Of a stretch of 64,000 nt of DNA, positions 29,133 through 37,316 are shown in pieces; within the stretch, counting starts at the first letter, position 1; every line of letters begins with the position of its first letter. A model generated the notes under the pieces. The model saw only the letters and a program-made list of their open reading frames with translations. It searched no databases and was not told the origin of the DNA. The translations under genes were made by a program, and so were the position numbers. Source of the stretch: Prochlorococcus sp. AG-402-A04 (GTDB lineage Bacteria > Cyanobacteriota > Cyanobacteriia > PCC-6307 > Cyanobiaceae); contig QCHG01000003.1 in assembly GCA_003278045.1 (NCBI GenBank), positions 23,029-87,028 on the forward strand, written 5' to 3'.

Positions 29133-30662
29133 ATGGAGTTAGAAGCAAAATTAAATGGAATAAGGAAACCAATAATGGTCCTAGGCACTTCCAGTGGGGC
29201 AGGGAAATCGTTAACGGTTACTGCTATTTGCAGGATTCTTAAAAATTTAGGAGAGGAACCAATACCTTTTAAAGGACAAAATATGAGTAACAATGCTTGG
29301 GTTGATTGGGAAGGTGGAGAGATGGCATATTCACAAGCACTTCAAGCTTTTGCTTGTGATATAAATCCCTCTGCAGAGATGAATCCCATTTTATTAAAAC
29401 CACAAGGAAACTCAATAAGCGAAGTGATTCACCTTGGCAAAAGCATAGGGACCACAACGGCAAAAAATTACTATAAAAATTGGTTTATTCCAGGCTGGGA
29501 AGTAATTAAAAAAAGTTTAAAGTCTATTTATGAAAAGAATCCGAATTGCCGTTTAATTATCGAAGGAGCTGGAAGTCCGGTAGAGATGAATTTGATTCAT
29601 AGAGATCTGACTAATTTAAGAGTTGCTAAATATTTAAATGCAAATTGCATTTTGGTTACTGATATTGAAAGGGGAGGCGTATTTGCACAAATAATTGGCA
29701 CTCTTGAATTAATGAAGCCTGAAGAAAAGAAGCTTATTAAGGGGATTATTATAAATAGATTCAGAGGAGACCTTTCATTATTTGAAGATGGGAAAAAATG
29801 GATAGAGAATAAGACTCAAATTCCTGTTATTGGAATTATTCCATGGTTAAATGATTCATTTCCTCCAGAAGATTCTTTAGATTTACTAGAAAAAAAATCA
29901 CTTTCTAAAAATCCTGAAATGAGAGTTGGAATTATAAAATTACCATCTATTAGTAACTTCTCAGATTTTGATCCACTAGAAAATGAAGAAACAATATTAA
30001 TTGAATGGATTAGAAAATCACAAAACTTAAGTAAGTATGACTTCATTATTCTGCCCGGCAGTAAACAAACGATTAAAGATCAAATATTTCTTGAAAATTC
30101 TGGCTTATCTCAGGATATAAGAGACTATTCAAATAACAAAGGAAATATTATTGGCATATGTGGAGGTTTACAAATGTTAGGGAGTAAACTTGAAGATCCT
30201 TATTTTAAAGAGGGTTCCAAAAATTATTCTCAACAAAAAGTTAAAGGTATTGGATTACTACCATTAAAAACGACTTTCTTTAAAAAAAAATTAACACGAC
30301 AAATCAACTCTAAATCTATATGGCCATGCAAATCAGAAATTAATGGATTTGAAATTCATAATGGTCAAACTGTATTAGATGACATACAAAGTTCAATCAA
30401 GATTAATCCTATTTTTAAAGATTTAGATCTTGGTTGGTACAAAGAAAATAATAAAGGCGGAACTATTGCAGGAACATACATTCATGGGATCTTTGAAAAT
30501 GACCGCTGGAGAGAACAATATATTAATTTAATAAGGAAGAGTAAAAATCTACCAATATTAAATAAAAAATCAATATCTTATAAAGAGAAGAGACAATCCA
30601 TCATTGATAATCTTGCTAATGAATTCCACAAACATTTAAATCTCAAATCATTTTTAAGTTGA
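29133..30662 (+). CDS. cobQ: cobyric acid synthase
   Basis: GTSSGAGKS, PFKGQNMS, EGAGSP, GICGGLQMLG and GTYIHG. Confidence 0.96.
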   Translation: MELEAKLNGIRKPIMVLGTSSGAGKSLTVTAICRILKNLGEEPIPFKGQNMSNNAWVDWEGGEMAYSQALQAFACDINPSAEMNPILLKPQGNSISEVIHLGKSIGTTTAKNYYKNWFIPGWEVIKKSLKSIYEKNPNCRLIIEGAGSPVEMNLIHRDLTNLRVAKYLNANCILVTDIERGGVFAQIIGTLELMKPEEKKLIKGIIINRFRGDLSLFEDGKKWIENKTQIPVIGIIPWLNDSFPPEDSLDLLEKKSLSKNPEMRVGIIKLPSISNFSDFDPLENEETILIEWIRKSQNLSKYDFIILPGSKQTIKDQIFLENSGLSQDIRDYSNNKGNIIGICGGLQMLGSKLEDPYFKEGSKNYSQQKVKGIGLLPLKTTFFKKKLTRQINSKSIWPCKSEINGFEIHNGQTVLDDIQSSIKINPIFKDLDLGWYKENNKGGTIAGTYIHGIFENDRWREQYINLIRKSKNLPILNKKSISYKEKRQSIIDNLANEFHKHLNLKSFLS

Positions 30663-30913
30663 AAGAAACAAAAAATATAAAAGTAATATGGCCAAACGAT
30701 AAAGAAACATTTGTTTCAGAAGGGGATGACTGGTTTTCCTCTGCTAAAAAAGCAGGTTTAGAAATCCCTACTGGCTGCCTCTCAGGAAGTTGTGGAGCCT
30801 GTGAAATAGATGTAAATGGTGAAACAGTAAGAGCTTGTATAAGCGATATTAAAAACAATAAAAAATGTACATTACAGGTTTCTTTAACTACAGACCCCTT
30901 TTGGGAAAAATAA
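30659..30913 (+). CDS. 2Fe-2S ferredoxin-like protein
   Basis: GCLSGSCGAC ... RAC. Confidence 0.9.
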   Translation: MKETKNIKVIWPNDKETFVSEGDDWFSSAKKAGLEIPTGCLSGSCGACEIDVNGETVRACISDIKNNKKCTLQVSLTTDPFWEK

Positions 30914-30919
30914 ATTTCA

Positions 30920-31468
30920 CTAAACATTACCTATTATTAAATAAAGGAAAACATAGTAAAAAAACGATCCAAAAAATGTGTTTATTAGAATAATCTTCTT
31001 TTTGATTGTTGAGGAGGCAATAATATAGCTTCCCAAAACATGAGGTAGGATTGGAAAAGATCTTATGATTAAAATATAAAAAGATCTAAAAGTAATATTT
31101 TCAAAAAATTTATAAAGATTATTTTTTTCTGGTTTTTTTAAAAACAATATATTTCTAGAAAATTTAAATTTAATTTTTCTCAGAATAAGAACTTGAATTA
31201 CACTTAAAATAGTTAAGGCAGGAGAAAATAATAAAACATAATTAAACCCAAAAATCTTTAACAAGATACAGTCAAAAATAATTGAAAAAGGGAGGCCTAA
31301 AAATATAGAAACTATATTGAAAGCAATCAAATATTTATATTGAATATTATTAAATAAGGACTCAAGATCATAGGTATACCTAAATATTAGAGCAAAAAAA
31401 TAAACCCCTAAATAGGTAAAAAATATTTTTAAAATTACTGATTTAAGGTTTAGATCTTTTTTATTCAT
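30920..31468 (-). CDS. multi-pass membrane protein, DedA/VTT (SNARE-associated)-like
   Basis: Hydrophobic, with the IRSFPILPH..GSYIIA motif reminiscent of VTT proteins. Confidence 0.6.
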   Translation of the reverse strand: MNKKDLNLKSVILKIFFTYLGVYFFALIFRYTYDLESLFNNIQYKYLIAFNIVSIFLGLPFSIIFDCILLKIFGFNYVLLFSPALTILSVIQVLILRKIKFKFSRNILFLKKPEKNNLYKFFENITFRSFYILIIRSFPILPHVLGSYIIASSTIKKKIILINTFFGSFFYYVFLYLIIGNV

Positions 31469-31473
31469 ATTAG

Positions 31474-31656
31474 ATGAACATTAATGATGATTATCAAAAA
31501 CGTATAGGGCAAATAACATCTTTTCCTACAGGGGGAATTATAGAACTAAAGAGGAAATATTTAGAAAGTAACTCATTTTATCAACTATCAAATTTAATTT
31601 ATAGGGAATACTTTGGTAGACACAGGAAAGTTAATAGAGGAAATGAATTTGCATAA
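31474..31656 (+). CDS. hypothetical protein or remnant
   Basis: 60-aa ORF ending at a terminator; no motif. Confidence 0.3.
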   Translation: MNINDDYQKRIGQITSFPTGGIIELKRKYLESNSFYQLSNLIYREYFGRHRKVNRGNEFA

Positions 31657-31745
31657 AAAAAGACCCTTGAATGGGGTCTTTTAAGGTTTTACTAAATCAA
31701 GTGTTTCCTTGTTTCCACTGTTTCAGTAAAACCACTCCTTCACAC
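31655..31745 (-). ncRNA. yfr2: Yfr2-family cyanobacterial sRNA
   Basis: 5' GTGTGAAGGAG, hairpin GGTTTTACT/AGTAAAACC presenting GGAAACA-A-GGAAACA, terminator AAAGACCC/GGGTCTTT. A TAGTTT -10 lies 6 nt before +1. Confidence 0.9.
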
Positions 31746-31803
31746 GTAAATAAACTATCTCATTAAATTCTTTTTCGTGGAAGGGCTAAATGAAATGTTG
31801 CTT

Positions 31804-31823
31804 AACTGTCACATGTGCCAGTT
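31804..31823. promoter_or_regulatory. palindromic operator upstream of Yfr2
   Basis: AACTGTCAC-AT-GTGCCAGTT is a near-perfect inverted repeat. Confidence 0.55.
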
Positions 31824-31959
31824 TTTCACTTCTGGACATAAAGAAAAAATACCCTAATTCAGAGAAAAAGGTATTTACTTATTAGAGATTAACGTGTGAA
31901 CAGTTTCTGACTTGTATTAATCACTTAGAAAAGGCATAAATTATCTACAGTATTCTTTG

Positions 31960-32154
31960 TTATTCCTTTTCCCAAAATAAATAAAGATTTGAAAACAGGT
32001 TTTTAGTATCTACTATTGCAGTGCTTGTTGAGATCAACTTCCATCCTGCAGAATTACGTTTTTTCATAATTGCTGCAAGTTCATTTTCTTGTCTTTGAGT
32101 ATTTGCATTTCCAACTGCATAATATATATCAATATCATTTTCTACTTTTGCCAT
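31960..32154 (-). CDS. small hypothetical protein (DUF4177-like)
   Basis: ...RNSAGWKLIS...LFWEKE resembles the GWELV...F.R pattern. Confidence 0.6.
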   Translation of the reverse strand: MAKVENDIDIYYAVGNANTQRQENELAAIMKKRNSAGWKLISTSTAIVDTKNLFSNLYLFWEKE

Positions 32155-32413
32155 TTTTTAAGGTGATGCTTTATTCAGAGTTAATATTACTCAATCTTTC
32201 TTAGTAACTGGGAAAGATTCGATAAAGTGGCTGTAAATCAGTCTTATATGGTATCACCTTCACCCCAAATTGCGATTGGACTGATGCTTATAAGTATTGG
32301 AATAGTAGTTACTTTCGATATAAAAATTGATCAGTTTAAAAGTAAATAATTAAAAAAAGTTGGATATCTGATTGAATATCTATATTAATTTGATCAATAA
32401 AGAATTATCTTAT

Positions 32414-33016
32414 TTAGATCAAGAATAAAAAACACCCTGCAATAAATCCACTTAAATGACCTAATAAACTTACCCCTGGCAAAAATGAGAAAATCAAACT
32501 TATAAGGCATATTGTCTTTAACATTTTTTGTACTTCGTAATTGGATTTTAAACCAATTTTTTTGCTTAAAAAGTGACTCTTTCCATAAAAAGACGTTAAC
32601 AGTAAGAATCCAAATAAAGCATAAATTATTCCACTAAATCCTAAAGCGGCATAATTCGGATAAACATTAAAATACGATAATATCTTTTCGTAAACCCAGA
32701 TAATAAAAAAATTCAAGAAAGAACAAATTAAAATAAACCTCAGATAAAAAAATCTACTTTCGATTCCAAGTCTCATCAAAAAATATCTAGTGATAATTAT
32801 TCCACCAAGATTACTTAATAAATGATTTAAATCTGCATGAATTAGGATTGATGTAAAAATTCTATGGGGTTGCTCACTAATTAATCTTGGCACAAAGTAA
32901 AAATATTCTTTATCAACAACTCCAATTAAATCTGTAAGTATAAAAACTATAATTAAAAGAGATACGCTTAGGATGTATTGCCAATCATTTTTAGATATTG
33001 AATTATTAAAAGCCAT
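32414..33016 (-). CDS. rhomboid family intramembrane serine protease
   Basis: HADLNHLLSN, GFSG (catalytic Ser) and GHLSG. Confidence 0.9.
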   Translation of the reverse strand: MAFNNSISKNDWQYILSVSLLIIVFILTDLIGVVDKEYFYFVPRLISEQPHRIFTSILIHADLNHLLSNLGGIIITRYFLMRLGIESRFFYLRFILICSFLNFFIIWVYEKILSYFNVYPNYAALGFSGIIYALFGFLLLTSFYGKSHFLSKKIGLKSNYEVQKMLKTICLISLIFSFLPGVSLLGHLSGFIAGCFLFLI

Positions 33017-33061
33017 ATTTTCTCAAGTTTTATAATCAAAGAATATCTACTTACTTAGAAG

Positions 33062-33084
33062 AAAAGACCCTAACAAGGGTCTTT
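33062..33084 (-). terminator. terminator of the CP12-like gene
   Basis: AAAGACCCT/AGGGTCTTT stem. Confidence 0.7.
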
Positions 33085-33110
33085 ATTAATATCTTAAATT
33101 TATATTTCCT

Positions 33111-33275
33111 TTAGTAAACTTTGCAATGAGAACTTGTTGGGTGGTCTATGCATTCTTTTTCCCAATAATCTTGTCTTTGATCTTTTGGTAGTTGATAATT
33201 AAAATCATGCATTCTCCAAATATCTGAAGTTGCATTTCTAAGGGCAGTAAATGGAGTGGTGAGTCTCATAAACAT
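33111..33275 (-). CDS. small protein with CP12-like C-terminal CxxxPxxxxC motif
   Basis: MFMRLTTPFTALRNATSDIWRMHDFNYQLPKDQRQDYWEKECIDHPTSSHCKVY, with an AGGAGG RBS and its own terminator. Confidence 0.75.
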   Translation of the reverse strand: MFMRLTTPFTALRNATSDIWRMHDFNYQLPKDQRQDYWEKECIDHPTSSHCKVY

Positions 33276-33410
33276 AAAACCTCCTATATCTCTACACCTT
33301 AATTATCCTCCTATTCAATTGAAATTAATAGAGTATTAATACCCGAGTATTAGTACTTTGTGGTTGTCGCGACTATCTTTTCCCATTCAGTAGGAGTAGG
33401 AATAATTCAG

Positions 33411-33494
33411 GAGTCAAAAGCACTTCATCGACTTTGTGGACAGCGAGGTGCATAAGACTCGAAGAGGGCAAATAAATGCCCTCTTATTTTATTT
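33411..33494 (+). ncRNA. candidate structured RNA convergent with tRNA-Ser
   Basis: Nested stems GAGTC/GACTC and GCACTTC/GAGGTGC, followed by an AAGAGGGCA/TGCCCTCTT hairpin and T-tract. Confidence 0.45.
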
Positions 33495-33520
33495 TTGGGA
33501 TTTCTAGAAACTATTATTAA

Positions 33521-33605
33521 CGGAGAGGGTGGGATTCGAACCCACGAATAGTTTCCTATTAAACGATTTCGAGTCGTTCGCTTTCGACCACTCAGCCACC
33601 CCTCC
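33521..33605 (-). tRNA. tRNA-Ser(CGA)
   Basis: GGAGGGGTGGCTGAGTGGTCGAAAGCG-AACGA-CTCGAAA-TCGTT, long variable arm, GGTTCGAATCC; 85 nt, CCA not encoded. Confidence 0.96.
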
Positions 33606-33667
33606 GCCTGTTTATAAGTATGCACATAATAAATAGAAAATTATGAACTATATAATTATCTTAATTT

Positions 33668-34690
33668 TTAATTCCACCCCGCGTCTTTCATTAATTTAAT
33701 AGCTAGAGAATTTTTTTCTCCAAGGTCTTCTACAGTGACGCTATCAGGAATAAACTCTCCAAAATTCTTTACTATTTCATTCTGATTAACTTCCTTCAAT
33801 GGATGTTCAAAAGTTGGTGCAGCCAAACCTTTACTTCCTTCAGGAGATGCTAAGAATTCAAGCAACTGAATAGCTTCATTTTTATTTGTTGCATATTTTG
33901 CAACACCACCAGCACTAATATTTACGTGAGCAGGATTAGGTGTAAGGACCTTTGTTTTTTTCGCATATAAAGCATCTCTCCTTCCATTAACACCTGCTAA
34001 CATTCTCGCGACATAATAATGATTAACAATTCCTACTCCACATTTTTTCTTAGAAACTGCTCTAATTATTGCAATATCCCCTGGGAAAAACGGTTTTGAA
34101 ACGTTTGAAATCATTCCGCTTAACCAAGCTTTAGTTTCTGATTCACCTTTATTAATTAATTGATTTGCAACTAAAGATTGATTATATGGACTTTTTCTAT
34201 TTCTTAAACATACTTTCCCTTTTAAAGAAGGATCAGCCAAATCAGTGTAATCATTAATCTTGCTAACATCTACAACTTTTGGATTGGCTATCATAACTCT
34301 TACTCTTCTTGTTAAGGCATACCATTCCTTATTTGGATCTTTCAATCCAACTGGAACATCATTTTCTAAATTAAAAGATTGTATTGGTTGAAGTAATCCA
34401 GCTTTGGCTGCATTAGTAATTCTTGCAGCATCAACTAATAAAATTAAATCCGCCTGAGTGTTCTTATCCTCTCTCTTCAATCTCTCAATTAAAGATATAC
34501 CAGCAGCTTCAATAAGCCTTACTTTAATCCCTGTTTCTTCTGCAAATTTTTTATAGACACTTCTATCAGTGTTGTAGTGTCTCCCGGAGTAAACTTTAAC
34601 TTCTTTTTCTGTTGAATTGACTGGAATATTTACATTCATTAAAAACGTACATGTTAGTGCTGTGTAAAATAGTTTTTTGAGTTTTTGCAC
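33668..34690 (-). CDS. idiA: iron ABC transporter substrate-binding protein IdiA/FutA
   Basis: VYSGRHY, SPYNQSL, VNHYY and HVNISAGG iron-binding motifs. Confidence 0.95.
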   Translation of the reverse strand: MQKLKKLFYTALTCTFLMNVNIPVNSTEKEVKVYSGRHYNTDRSVYKKFAEETGIKVRLIEAAGISLIERLKREDKNTQADLILLVDAARITNAAKAGLLQPIQSFNLENDVPVGLKDPNKEWYALTRRVRVMIANPKVVDVSKINDYTDLADPSLKGKVCLRNRKSPYNQSLVANQLINKGESETKAWLSGMISNVSKPFFPGDIAIIRAVSKKKCGVGIVNHYYVARMLAGVNGRRDALYAKKTKVLTPNPAHVNISAGGVAKYATNKNEAIQLLEFLASPEGSKGLAAPTFEHPLKEVNQNEIVKNFGEFIPDSVTVEDLGEKNSLAIKLMKDAGWN

Positions 34691-34786
34691 TTTTTCAAAA
34701 TAGTATCTATGGTTACTTTATACCTATCAAAACTGTTAAAACTTTAAAAGCGATCTTCTATACATAAAGATGTATCATTTTTTATA

Positions 34787-35458
34787 GTGCATATGAATTA
34801 TTTAACTCAACAGTTATTAAATGCTGAAGAAATCCACCTTATAAAAAAAGATTTGGAGGATGAAAATCAAAATTGGGAAGATGGGAAAAATACTGCAGGC
34901 AGTCATGCCGCATTTGTTAAAAATAATTTGCAATTAAATAGAAATTCTGAAGTATCAAAAAAGTACTCACAAATAATTAATAAAAAGATCCTTTCGAACC
35001 AATTAATAAAAAGTTTTACTTTACCAAAAAGAATCCATGGAATAATGTTTACGAAATCATCAACAAATATGCTTTATGGGAGACATATTGATAATCCATA
35101 CATGTCTTCAGGTAGATCAGATTTATCCTTTACTCTCTCCTTAACAAATAAAGATTCTTATAAAGGTGGAGAATTAATTATTGAAACATTGAATTCAGAA
35201 GAGAAATTTAAATTAGATGCTGGACAGATCATCATATACCCAAGTTCTTACTTACATGAAGTGAGCGAAGTAAATAGTGGTAACAGATTAGTATGCGTAG
35301 GTTGGATAGAAAGTTATGTTAGATCAATTGAAGAGAGGGAATATTTATTTGATTTGGACGCAGGTGCAAGAAGTTTGCTTAGAAAGCATGGCAGATCTGA
35401 CGAACTTGATCTTATTTTTAAATCTTATTCAAATCTCCTAAGAGTTATGGGGGATTAA
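34787..35458 (+). CDS. piuC: PKHD-type Fe(II)/2OG dioxygenase (PiuC/YbiX family)
   Basis: WEDGKNTAG, YGRHIDN, RSDLSFT, GGEL, YPSSYLH and WIESYVR. Confidence 0.92.
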   Translation: MHMNYLTQQLLNAEEIHLIKKDLEDENQNWEDGKNTAGSHAAFVKNNLQLNRNSEVSKKYSQIINKKILSNQLIKSFTLPKRIHGIMFTKSSTNMLYGRHIDNPYMSSGRSDLSFTLSLTNKDSYKGGELIIETLNSEEKFKLDAGQIIIYPSSYLHEVSEVNSGNRLVCVGWIESYVRSIEEREYLFDLDAGARSLLRKHGRSDELDLIFKSYSNLLRVMGD

Positions 35459-35532
35459 ATAAGGATCATTTTATACAACAAAAAGAATATAAGTTTTAAA
35501 TTGATTATTATGTAAAAGATTATATTTATCGA

Positions 35533-35772
35533 ATGGCCAAAAAAAGTTCAATTGCAATTTTTATCGCAGCCACAAGCGCATTAGCTATTTCAACGGCAGA
35601 TAGTAATTCAGTTAAATCAGGTGAAAATGATTTAGGTGGATTAAAAGAATGGAATACTGATATGCCTTTAGATGCAGATTTCAAATTAGATGCAGAAGCA
35701 CAAAGAATAGCTGACGAAGCCGCCAAATCATCTGCGTGCGTTCCTATTGGCGAGGGAGAAAACTGCTGGTAA
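35533..35772 (+). CDS. secreted acidic peptide with C-terminal CVPIGEGENCW loop
   Basis: Signal peptide, acidic mature region, Cys pair at the end, followed by terminators. Confidence 0.8.
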   Translation: MAKKSSIAIFIAATSALAISTADSNSVKSGENDLGGLKEWNTDMPLDADFKLDAEAQRIADEAAKSSACVPIGEGENCW

Positions 35773-35785
35773 AACAGAAAAAAGT

Positions 35786-35867
35786 AAAAAACACCCTAGA
35801 TGGGTGTTTTTTAATGCAATTTAAGAAAAAAAACACTCTAAATGAGTGTTTTTTTATTCAATTTAAA
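35786..35867. repeat. tandem duplicated bidirectional terminator (~40 bp x2)
   Basis: AAAAAACACCCtagatGGGTGTTTTTT and AAAAAACACTCtaaatGAGTGTTTTTT, each followed by ..CAATTTAA. Confidence 0.85.
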
Positions 35868-35873
35868 ATTATT

Positions 35874-37172
35874 TTAGAATTTAAATTGTGTTTCGATTAC
35901 GGCACCAGTGTAGTCCTCTCCTTCAGTTCCGTTAGCATTTGATGCTCCGAAAATTGTTGGGGTTACAGTTACTGAGTCATTAACTTTGAAACCATAATAT
36001 GCTTCCCACATGAAGGGTTCTGCACCAGTGTTTTCTCTCATTTGTGGCTGACCGAATGCAACACCAATACGATCATCAGGATTAAACGTATCCAACCAAG
36101 ATAAGCCTACAAAATACATATCTGTGGTGTCATTAGATGAATAACCATCCAATACTGAGTAATCATAACCAAAAGATACTTCAGGAGTAGCAGTTCCAGT
36201 TTCTAGTGGTCTCCACCATGCTCTTAATCCATAGTTGGTACTATTTTCATTACGATCATCTCCAGTCGCTGTACTGAAGTAGCTATCGCCCCAGTCATTG
36301 TACTTAAGATTAACCATCGCAGAAACAGCCCACTGATCTTTAGTAAGACCTACTTGAGTAGCCCAACTAGTTTTTGATTCATTTGTAAGGAGACCAGAGG
36401 GGATGTATTTATCATCTGCATCTTTTTGAGTTGATCCTGATTTAGTACCAATATTTGAACTAATTGCAAATCCGTTATCTGCCTTGTAAACCCAACCTGC
36501 GCCAGTATCTGTACTTGCACCATAAGCAGCGGCATTACCACCAAGAGTAAACGCTTTCAATACAGGCTTATAAATTGATGGACTAGTTCCATGCATGTAA
36601 TAGTTCTCAATTAATGGGCCAACAAATACGGTATTCTTCTCACCTACAGGGAATGAATACCAAATTTTATCTACCTTTATAGCGTTTGAATTACCTTTTG
36701 CGGAACTTAGATAAGTACCATGGTCTTTATCTTTAGTCCAAGAAGTCGCGTTACCAGTTTTGAGTCTCACATAAAGATTGTCATCCCCAGTGAAACTTGT
36801 GTTTAAGTTACCTGTCCAGGTGTATTGAAAAAGAGCAGCCTCATTGGAAACAGTATCAGTGCCTGACCCATCATAAGAAAGAGCACCAACTGTGAAATTA
36901 ACTTTACCGTCTAATGTAGTTGTATCTGAGAAACCACCGGCTTCAAATTCATTTTGTTTTACCTCAAGGCCATCGACACGACTTTTAAGGTTTGCTATAT
37001 CTTCACTAACTTCGTTAATGAATGTCTGACTGTCAAGTCTCGAAGATTTTACTTGGCTACGTGCATAGCTGTTCATTTCTTCTATATTGACAACGTCGGA
37101 AGCTTGCGAAGCAACTGGAGCCAATAAGCTCAAAGATGCTCCTGCTACCAACATTTGTTGGAAGAGTTTCAT
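35874..37172 (-). CDS. som: Som-type cyanobacterial porin (iron uptake porin family)
   Basis: MKLFQQMLV signal, coiled coil RVDGLE, FSDTTTLDGK, LNTSFTGDDNL and terminal Phe. Confidence 0.92.
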   Translation of the reverse strand: MKLFQQMLVAGASLSLLAPVASQASDVVNIEEMNSYARSQVKSSRLDSQTFINEVSEDIANLKSRVDGLEVKQNEFEAGGFSDTTTLDGKVNFTVGALSYDGSGTDTVSNEAALFQYTWTGNLNTSFTGDDNLYVRLKTGNATSWTKDKDHGTYLSSAKGNSNAIKVDKIWYSFPVGEKNTVFVGPLIENYYMHGTSPSIYKPVLKAFTLGGNAAAYGASTDTGAGWVYKADNGFAISSNIGTKSGSTQKDADDKYIPSGLLTNESKTSWATQVGLTKDQWAVSAMVNLKYNDWGDSYFSTATGDDRNENSTNYGLRAWWRPLETGTATPEVSFGYDYSVLDGYSSNDTTDMYFVGLSWLDTFNPDDRIGVAFGQPQMRENTGAEPFMWEAYYGFKVNDSVTVTPTIFGASNANGTEGEDYTGAVIETQFKF

Positions 37173-37176
37173 TTTA

Positions 37177-37184
37177 CCTCACAC
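37177..37184 (-). promoter_or_regulatory. Yfr1 sRNA seed-target site at the porin RBS
   Basis: The mRNA has GUGUGAGG just upstream of the AUG, complementary to the Yfr1 motif ACUCCUCACAC. Confidence 0.7.
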
Positions 37185-37316
37185 TAAAGTAACCCAAAAA
37201 ATTTGGGTAACTATACTGTATCGAGCGTAACAGAAAAGGAAAGGAATATAAGTTTCATTTCGATGTAACTTTTGATACTATTAGTTTCTTCTTATCTAAT
37301 AAATATATTAAATTTA

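Noticed and set aside
32248-32349. 33-aa hydrophobic ORF (MVSPSPQIAIGLMLISIGIVVTF...)
   Set aside because: No RBS or homology evidence; too short to support.
33425-33625. 66-aa ORF on the minus strand
   Set aside because: It reads through tRNA-Ser; spurious.
35736-35942. 68-aa ORF with an apparent repeat (KNTLDGCF/KNTLNECF)
   Set aside because: The repeat is just the translated duplicated terminator, and the ORF overlaps two real genes.
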